A DNA stretch of 64,000 bases, taken from NCBI GenBank assembly GCA_038240205.1, contig JBBSDZ010000002.1, positions 1,919 through 65,918 of the forward strand. Direction: 5' to 3'. The notes beneath the pieces are model-generated. The model had not been told where the DNA came from and did no database searches. It saw only the letters and a list, made by a program, of their open reading frames with translations. Origin of the DNA: Solirubrobacterales bacterium. Lineage in GTDB: Bacteria; Actinomycetota; Thermoleophilia; Solirubrobacterales; Solirubrobacteraceae. How positions within the stretch are numbered: the first letter of the stretch is position 1; each line of letters begins with the position of its first letter. Below, piece by piece: positions 57,622 to 64,000 of this stretch. The translations under genes and the position numbers were made by a program.

Positions 57622-58374
57622 TTACGCGAGGATCGCGTCGCCGATCCAATTCCGCTTCATCTCCGCCGCGAGCCCGGCGACGGTATGGCCGGTCTCCGTC
57701 AGCTCTGTCTCCCCGATCGTGCGAACCGGCTCGACCCCTCGCACTGAGCCCGTCAGGAACGCCTCTCCGGCCGCGAGTACCGAATCCACTGTCAGCGGCT
57801 GCTCGCGGACCTCGATCCCCAGCGAACGGGCCGCGTCGATCGCGCACGCGCGAGCGACACCCGGAAGGATGCGCCCGTCGGTGGGCGGGGTCAGCAGGGT
57901 CTCGCTGTCGACCGCGAAAAGGTTCGCGCGCGAGGCCTCGAGCACCTCGCGGTCAGCATCCAGCACGAGCGGCAGGCCTCCATCCGGGTCGCTCGATTCC
58001 GTCCAAGCAAGGCCGTTCCGGTCGGCCCACTTGTGCGCTCCGAGACCTCCGTGGATGACTAATGGGCATAGCGCCACCGCCCGCTCCCAGGAGGGGAAGA
58101 CGTTTTCGGGATCGACGCTGGCCGTGACCGCTTCGGCGGCGAGCGCGCCATCCGCCGCCGGGGCGATGGTGAGGCGCAGGCGCCCGAGCGAGAGCGGCGC
58201 CGCGTGCTCGAGCGTCAACCGCTCGGCGCCGTCGGGCACCCCGGCCCCGAAGAGCTCTTGAACGCTCGAGCTCAACCGCGCCAAGTGAGCATCGAGCTCG
58301 ATTGGCCTGGCGTCGACCACCAGCAGTGTCTCGAATACCCCGATCGCTCGGTCTGGCCAAAGAAGATCGGACAC
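57622..58374 (-). CDS. pabC: Class IV aminotransferase / 4-amino-4-deoxychorismate lyase-like
   Basis: GVFETL, HLARL, HKW (PLP Lys), LEASRANLF, ILPGVAR and TGSVRG. Confidence 0.8.
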   Translation of the reverse strand: MSDLLWPDRAIGVFETLLVVDARPIELDAHLARLSSSVQELFGAGVPDGAERLTLEHAAPLSLGRLRLTIAPAADGALAAEAVTASVDPENVFPSWERAVALCPLVIHGGLGAHKWADRNGLAWTESSDPDGGLPLVLDADREVLEASRANLFAVDSETLLTPPTDGRILPGVARACAIDAARSLGIEVREQPLTVDSVLAAGEAFLTGSVRGVEPVRTIGETELTETGHTVAGLAAEMKRNWIGDAILA

Positions 58375-58419
58375 GATCACATTGTGCCATTCTGCGGCGG
58401 TGCTATCGAGGGTTCGACG

Positions 58420-58668
58420 TTGCCTGGAGGCGCACGGCGTGTGCGAGACGGCGGCGGTGATCGGCCGCCGTGTGCGCCGCTTCGCCAAGTCCGAGGAGCA
58501 GTTGATCGTGATCACGAAGGACCTCGACGCGATTGTCTGCGATGAGGGCGAGCTGATCTCCCTCTGCCGCGAGCGCCTGGCCAGCGACGAGGTCCACGCA
58601 CGGTCGAATTCCGCGATGAGATCCCGAAAAGCCCGCTCGGCAAGATGCTGAGGAAGTATCTGGGTTGA
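58420..58668 (+). pseudogene. Remnant of an AMP-binding (acyl/aryl-CoA ligase) C-terminal domain
   Basis: ETAAVIG..ELISLCRERLA / RTVEFRDEIPKSPLGKMLRKYLG* with a frameshift at about 58595. Confidence 0.7.
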
Positions 58669-60797
58669 AGACGCTGCTGATCGACAACTACGACTCGTTC
58701 ACGTACAACCTCTTCCAGCTGCTGGCCGAGGCGAACGGCGTCGAGCCGATCGTGGTGCGCAACGACGCCGCCGACTGGGCCGAGCTGGAGCGTCTGGAGT
58801 TCGACAACGTCGTCGTCTCGCCTGGTCCCGGCAGCCCCGACCACGAGGGCGACTTCGGCGTCTGCGCCGAAGCGATCCGGGAGTCGAAGGTGCCGCTGCT
58901 GGGCGTCTGCCTCGGACACCAAGGGCTGAGCTGGGTTCACGGCGGCAAGGTCCTCCCCGCGCCTGAGGTCATGCACGGGCGCATCAGCGCCGTCCTGCAC
59001 GAGGGCTCGCCACTTTTCGCCGGAATCCCGCGCGAGTTCCAAGCCGTCCGTTACCACTCGCTCTGCGTCGAGCAGCCACTGCCAGACGAGCTCGAGCCGA
59101 TCGCGCACACAAGCGACGGCGTGCTGATGGCGGTAGCGCACCGCAGGCGACCGCAGTGGGGTGTGCAGTTCCACCCCGAGTCGATCCTCACCGAATACGG
59201 CCGCCAGCTGCTCGCCAACTTTCGCGACCTCACGCGGGAGTACGGCTCCTCCGGCGCAGGTGGCGCGAGCGGTGCCGTAGCTGCGCCGCAGGAGCCGCGG
59301 GAACGACGTGGCGTCGCGGGACGGGCGCGGCTCGCGCTGAAGGTCAAGCGCCTGGACACGCTCTATGATGCTGAGCGGGCGTTCGTCAACCTCTACGGCA
59401 GCAACGAGAACGCCTTCTGGCTCGACAGCAGCAAGATCGACGAGCGCGCCCGCTTCTCGTTCATGGGCGCCGCCGACGGGTCCCTGAGCCGGACGATCTC
59501 CTACGACGTCAACAGCGGCGAGCTGCAGGTCGACGGCGCCGATGGAAGCGCGACCTCGAAGGAGTCGATCTTCGACTATCTCAGCCGCGAGATGCGTCAC
59601 ATGCGCTACCTCTCGCACGACCTCCCGTTCGACTTCAACTGCGGCTTCGTCGGCTACTTCGGCTACGAGCTGAAGGCCGACTGCGAAGGCAACGACGCGC
59701 ATCGTTCGAGCATGCCCGACGCGGCCTTCATGTTCGCCGACAGGCTGATCGCATTCGACCACTTGGAGAAGTGCACCTACGTCTTGTGCGTGACCGAGTC
59801 CGGCCACGCCGAGGCAGGCGACCGTTGGATCGCAGAGACCAGCCTCAGGCTCGCCTCGCTGGCGCAGCTGAGCACGCCGGAGTGGGACGGCGCCGCCGAG
59901 TCTCAGCCGGCCTCGTTCCATCTCAGCCGCTCACACGAGCAGTACCTGAAGGACATCGGCACGTGCAAGCAGCGCCTGATCGAAGGTGAGACGTATGAGA
60001 TCTGCCTGACGAACAAGATCACCGTCGACGTCGCCGCCGAGCCGCTCGCGCTCTACCGGACGTTGCGCCGCGTCAACCCGGCGCCGTTCTCGGCATACCT
60101 GCGCTTCGGCGGGCGCGCCGTGCTGAGCTCCTCCCCCGAGCGCTTCCTCAGCGTTGGGCAGGACCGCTGGGTCGAGGCCAAGCCGATCAAGGGCACCTGC
60201 CCGCGCGGCAAGACGCCGGCCGAAGACGTGCGCCTGGCCGAGGAGCTGCGCAGTGGCGAGAAGAACCGCGCCGAGAATCTGATGATCGCCGACCTGCTGC
60301 GCAACGATCTCGGCGTCGTCTGCGAGGTGGGCACCGTGCACGTGCCCGACCTGATGCACATCGAGTCCTACGAGACGGTGCATCAGCTCGTCTCGACCGT
60401 GCGCGGGCTGCTGCGCGAGGACATCGAGCCGCCCGACTGCATCCGCGCGTGCTTCCCCGGCGGGTCGATGACCGGTGCGCCGAAGAAGCGCACGATGGAG
60501 ATCATCGACGAGCTGGAGGGCGAGGCGCGCGGGGTCTACTCCGGTGCGATCGGCTACCTCGGGCTCAGCGGCGGCTGCGACTTGAACATCGTCATCAGGA
60601 CGATCGTCGTCGAGGAGGACGGCGCCTCGCTCGGAGTGGGCGGCGCGATCGTGATGCAGTCCGACGCCGAGGAGGAGTACCAGGAGACGCTGCTGAAGGC
60701 GCGGGCGCCGATGCTCGCGATCGACCCGACCGTCGATCCTCAGGGCGTGTTCGAGGGCGAGCAGCAGGCCGTACCCGCAAGCTCGCCCGAGTCCTAG
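58665..60797 (+). CDS. pabAB: Fused aminodeoxychorismate synthase (PabA-PabB)
   Basis: IDNYDSFTYN, GVCLGHQ, QFHPES, PIKGT, KNRAENLMIADL and FPGGSMTGAPK. Confidence 0.92.
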   Translation: MKTLLIDNYDSFTYNLFQLLAEANGVEPIVVRNDAADWAELERLEFDNVVVSPGPGSPDHEGDFGVCAEAIRESKVPLLGVCLGHQGLSWVHGGKVLPAPEVMHGRISAVLHEGSPLFAGIPREFQAVRYHSLCVEQPLPDELEPIAHTSDGVLMAVAHRRRPQWGVQFHPESILTEYGRQLLANFRDLTREYGSSGAGGASGAVAAPQEPRERRGVAGRARLALKVKRLDTLYDAERAFVNLYGSNENAFWLDSSKIDERARFSFMGAADGSLSRTISYDVNSGELQVDGADGSATSKESIFDYLSREMRHMRYLSHDLPFDFNCGFVGYFGYELKADCEGNDAHRSSMPDAAFMFADRLIAFDHLEKCTYVLCVTESGHAEAGDRWIAETSLRLASLAQLSTPEWDGAAESQPASFHLSRSHEQYLKDIGTCKQRLIEGETYEICLTNKITVDVAAEPLALYRTLRRVNPAPFSAYLRFGGRAVLSSSPERFLSVGQDRWVEAKPIKGTCPRGKTPAEDVRLAEELRSGEKNRAENLMIADLLRNDLGVVCEVGTVHVPDLMHIESYETVHQLVSTVRGLLREDIEPPDCIRACFPGGSMTGAPKKRTMEIIDELEGEARGVYSGAIGYLGLSGGCDLNIVIRTIVVEEDGASLGVGGAIVMQSDAEEEYQETLLKARAPMLAIDPTVDPQGVFEGEQQAVPASSPES

Positions 60798-60813
60798 TCG
60801 CTCCCGGGCCGGC

Positions 60814-61020
60814 TCAGAGGGAGGGGCGCTCGATCACACGCGTGCGCCGCGGCGCGGCAGCGCGCATGCTCGCCGTACGCGTGCGCAGACGTCGCATCAG
60901 CTCGCGCTCGGCTTCGGCCGCTTGACGCGTGAGCGCACCTGCAATCTGCTTCGATCCGCTCTGCACCACCCAGTAGCCGGTGGGGGTCTGCTCGACGGTG
61001 AGCTGCTCGTTGTCGGTCAT
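60814..61020 (-). CDS. Small hypothetical protein
   Basis: MTDNEQLTVEQTPTGYWVVQ..TRQAAEAERELM. Confidence 0.55.
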   Translation of the reverse strand: MTDNEQLTVEQTPTGYWVVQSGSKQIAGALTRQAAEAERELMRRLRTRTASMRAAAPRRTRVIERPSL

Positions 61021-61215
61021 GGCATGCACGCTAGCTGCGTATCGGCACATTTCGAGTTGCCTGGATGTGAACTTGGACGGACGTTGCAGCTCGCTTGCGA
61101 TGCATCGACGCGTGGCTCGCACCACGCACCGCCGCCCGTGCCTGCGCGCTCCCTGTCCGCGACGTGGAGATGCGGGCGCCAACCATGCGCGCGAGCGTGG
61201 CGCTACGGTGGGCTG

Positions 61216-62853
61216 ATGCCGGCCCGCAGCGACGCCATGGTCAAGCGCGTGACGTTGATCGCGTGCATCCTCGGGTCGGGAATCGCGCTGCTCGACGGCA
61301 CGGTCGTCAACGTCGCGCTGCCGACGATCCAGCGAGCGCTCGGCGGCGGGCTGGCGGCGCAGCAGTGGATCGTCAACGGCTATCTGCTGACGCTCGGCTC
61401 GCTGATCCTCGTCGGCGGCTCACTGGGCGACCTCTACGGCGAGCGGCGCATCTTTGCGCTCGGCGTCTCCGGCTTCGGCGTCGCCTCGGCCATCTGCGCG
61501 GCCTCGCCGTCGATCGGCGTGCTCGTAGCCGCGCGCGCCCTGCAGGGCATCGCCGGGGCGCTGCTCGTGCCGAGCTCGCTCGCGGTGATCGTCAACACGT
61601 TTCCGGCCGAGGAGCGCGGGGGCGCGATCGGCACGTGGACGGCGTGGGGTGCGATCGCGGGCGTGCTCGGCCCGCTTGCCGGCGGGGAGCTGCTCGCGAT
61701 CGCCTCGTGGCGCTGGATCTTCCTGATCAACGTGCCGCTCGCGGCGGCCTGCGTGTGGCTGATCCTCCGCGTGATCCCGCAGGCGCCTCCGCGCGAGCGT
61801 GGCGGTCGGCACGTCGATTACCCGGGTGCGCTCCTGTGCGCGCTCGGCCTCGGCGGGCCGGTGTTCGCGCTGATCGAGCAGCCGCGGCTGGGATGGGCTG
61901 ACCCAGCGGTCATCGGGCCGCTGATCGCAGGCATCTTGCTGCTCGGAGCGTTCCTGCTCTACGAGTCGCGCGCAAAGGACCCGATGCTCCCGCTCGTGCT
62001 GTTCCGCCGGCGCAACTTCTCGGCCGGCAACGTCGAGACGTTCGCGATGTACGCCGGGCTCTCGATCGTGTTCTTCTTCCTGATCCTGTTTCTGCAGCAG
62101 ATCGGCGGCTACTCGCCGCTGAAGAGCGGCCTGGCAACGCTCCCGGTCACCGTCGTGATGTTCCTGCTCTCGCGTCGCTTCGGGGCGCTGGCCGACCGCT
62201 TCGGGCCGCGCTTCTTCATGGGCGCAGGCCCGCTCATCGGAGCCGCTGGGCTGCTGCTGTTCCAGATGACCGGCGCGAAAGCCGACTACCTCCCCGAAGT
62301 GCTGGCGCCGCTGCTGATCTTCTCGCTCGGGCTGTCGATGACCGTCGCGCCACTGACCGCCGCCGTGCTCGCCGGCTCTGAGAAGGAGGCCGGCATCGCC
62401 TCGGGCGTCAACAACGCGATCGCGCGCGTGGCCGGGCTGCTCGGCACTGCGGCAGTCGGCGCGGCGATCGCCTCCTCGTTCGCCGCTTCGATGGACAGCC
62501 GCCTCTCCGGCACGACGCTTGGGCCGGCCGCGCGCGCTGCCGTGGATGCGGCCAAGCGCCTGCCGCTCGGGCGCCCAGAAGTCAAGGGGATGCCCTCGGC
62601 ACAGGCGCACGCGGTCACAGCTGCCGCCGAATCGGCCTCGCTGCATAGCTTCCACGTGGGCCTGGCGATCGCAGCTGGGCTGGTCGCTCTCGGCGGCCTC
62701 GTCGGCGCCGCCGGCATCCAGAACCCACGCAGGCATGAAGAGATCCACGCCGAGAGCTGCGCCGGTGGGCAGCTCGTCGGCGCGAGCTCTGAGATCGACT
62801 GGAACGAGCCCGCCGGGGCGGGCTCTCCTCAGCCGACCGGTTCGCCCGCGTAG
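61216..62853 (+). CDS. MFS drug:H+ antiporter (DHA2 family)
   Basis: LDGTVVNVALP, GSLGDLYGERR, WRWIFLINVP; about 14 TMs. Confidence 0.92.
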   Translation: MPARSDAMVKRVTLIACILGSGIALLDGTVVNVALPTIQRALGGGLAAQQWIVNGYLLTLGSLILVGGSLGDLYGERRIFALGVSGFGVASAICAASPSIGVLVAARALQGIAGALLVPSSLAVIVNTFPAEERGGAIGTWTAWGAIAGVLGPLAGGELLAIASWRWIFLINVPLAAACVWLILRVIPQAPPRERGGRHVDYPGALLCALGLGGPVFALIEQPRLGWADPAVIGPLIAGILLLGAFLLYESRAKDPMLPLVLFRRRNFSAGNVETFAMYAGLSIVFFFLILFLQQIGGYSPLKSGLATLPVTVVMFLLSRRFGALADRFGPRFFMGAGPLIGAAGLLLFQMTGAKADYLPEVLAPLLIFSLGLSMTVAPLTAAVLAGSEKEAGIASGVNNAIARVAGLLGTAAVGAAIASSFAASMDSRLSGTTLGPAARAAVDAAKRLPLGRPEVKGMPSAQAHAVTAAAESASLHSFHVGLAIAAGLVALGGLVGAAGIQNPRRHEEIHAESCAGGQLVGASSEIDWNEPAGAGSPQPTGSPA

Positions 62854-63152
62854 GCGCGCATGGCGTCGATGATCGGGCCGAGGCGCCGGCCGCGCTCGGT
62901 CAGGCGATACTCGACGGTCGGCGGGCTCGAAGGGATCACCGTGCGCTGCACGAGGCCGGCGGCCTCCAGGTCACGCAGGCGCTCGGAGAGCATGCGCGGT
63001 GAGATGCCCGCGACCGCCTCTGCGAATTCGTTGAAGCGCAGCGCGCCGGTGAGGGCTGCGTAGATGATCGAGAGCTGCCAGCGCCGCTCCAGGAGGTCCG
63101 CCGTCTGGCGGACCTCCGGTGGAACGGGCTTGCATCTAGGCGTGCGCGACAT
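62829..63152 (-). CDS. HxlR family regulator
   Basis: [34 protein letters not shown]. Confidence 0.88.
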   Translation of the reverse strand: MSRTPRCKPVPPEVRQTADLLERRWQLSIIYAALTGALRFNEFAEAVAGISPRMLSERLRDLEAAGLVQRTVIPSSPPTVEYRLTERGRRLGPIIDAMRAYAGEPVG

Positions 63153-64000
63153 CGCGCGCAGGCTCCAGTGCGCGGTCGAGCACCTCTTGGACGGTCATCA
63201 CCGGGTGGAAGCTCATCTGATTTCGAACCTCCTCGGGGATCTCGTCCAGGTCACCGCGGTTGCGCTCCGGCAGGATCACGTCGGTCAGCCCGGCTGCGTT
63301 GGCGGCGAGCGCCTTCTGCTTGAAGCCGCCGATCGGCAGCACGCGGCCCTGCAGCGTGACCTCTCCAGTCATGCCGACCGTGTGCTTCACCGGCCGCCCG
63401 GACAGCAGCGACGCGAGCGCCGTGACCATCGTCACGCCTGCGCTCGGGCCGTCCTTGGGGATCGCTCCGGCGGGAACGTGCACGTGGAACTCGCGGTTCT
63501 CGAACGCGCTCTCGTCGATGCCCAGCTCCTCGGCGTGTCCGCGCACGTAGGAGAGGGCGATGCGCGCCGACTCCTTCATCACGTCACCCAACTGCCCGGT
63601 CAGCACGAGGCTGCTGCCGCCGCTGCTCGACTTCATCGCCGTCGCCTCGACGAACAGCACGTCGCCACCGGCGCCTGTCACGGCCAATCCGGTCGCGACA
63701 CCTGGCGTCGCCGTGCGCGCGGCTGACTCCTGGAAGACCTTCTGGCGCCCGAGCGCGTCGCGCACGACCTCCAGGTCGATCTTCACGGGCTTGACCTTTG
63801 CCGCTTTCGCCTTTGACTTCTTGGCTGGCTTCTTGGCCTCGTCGGCGCCTGCCTTCTTCTTGGCCTTGGCATCGCTCGCAGGCTCAGCGGCGTCATCGCC
63901 TGAGCTCTCGGACGTGTCCTCGGCCTGTGTCTGTGCGGAGGCGATCTTGGTTGCTGTCTTCCTCAGCACCGTCCCAAGCTCGCGCTCCAGGTTTCGCACG
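63136..64000 (-). CDS. lon: Lon protease, 3' part
   Basis: [34 protein letters not shown] and GGFKQK. Confidence 0.95.
   Translation of the reverse strand, partial: VRNLERELGTVLRKTATKIASAQTQAEDTSESSGDDAAEPASDAKAKKKAGADEAKKPAKKSKAKAAKVKPVKIDLEVVRDALGRQKVFQESAARTATPGVATGLAVTGAGGDVLFVEATAMKSSSGGSSLVLTGQLGDVMKESARIALSYVRGHAEELGIDESAFENREFHVHVPAGAIPKDGPSAGVTMVTALASLLSGRPVKHTVGMTGEVTLQGRVLPIGGFKQKALAANAAGLTDVILPERNRGDLDEIPEEVRNQMSFHPVMTVQEVLDRALEPARDVAHA

Overview
High-GC actinobacterial chromosome segment; gene content and order suggest Thermoleophilia/Solirubrobacterales (inference). It is mostly housekeeping: guaB3-guaA, rplM-rpsI-glmM-glmS-nnr-alr, trxB, beta-oxidation genes, glyQS, tRNA-Pro(TGG), pabAB/pabC and lon. 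Most notable observations: (1) a translationally coupled pair of a C-terminally truncated LeuRS paralogue with a rebuilt amino-acid pocket and a ThrC-like PLP enzyme (2508-6109), a candidate undescribed non-canonical amino acid synthesis/activation system; (2) a decayed 2.15-kb tyrosine-integrase element inserted in the first codons of glyQS, bounded by a perfect 25-bp direct repeat, which supplies a same-length replacement N-terminus; (3) a cluster with an A1-type and an A2-type heme-copper oxidase, both apparently lacking the Mg/Mn-site ligands, plus small membrane peptides, a tandem Usp-like protein and a cytochrome c-cupredoxin fusion lipoprotein; (4) a candidate attenuator or riboswitch before guaB, an ECF sigma-Ogt pair, a LexA-boxed HTH gene next to tRNA-Pro, and a decaying accessory region after the tRNA. 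All calls come from manual motif reading. No searches were run, and reference motifs are recalled from established knowledge.
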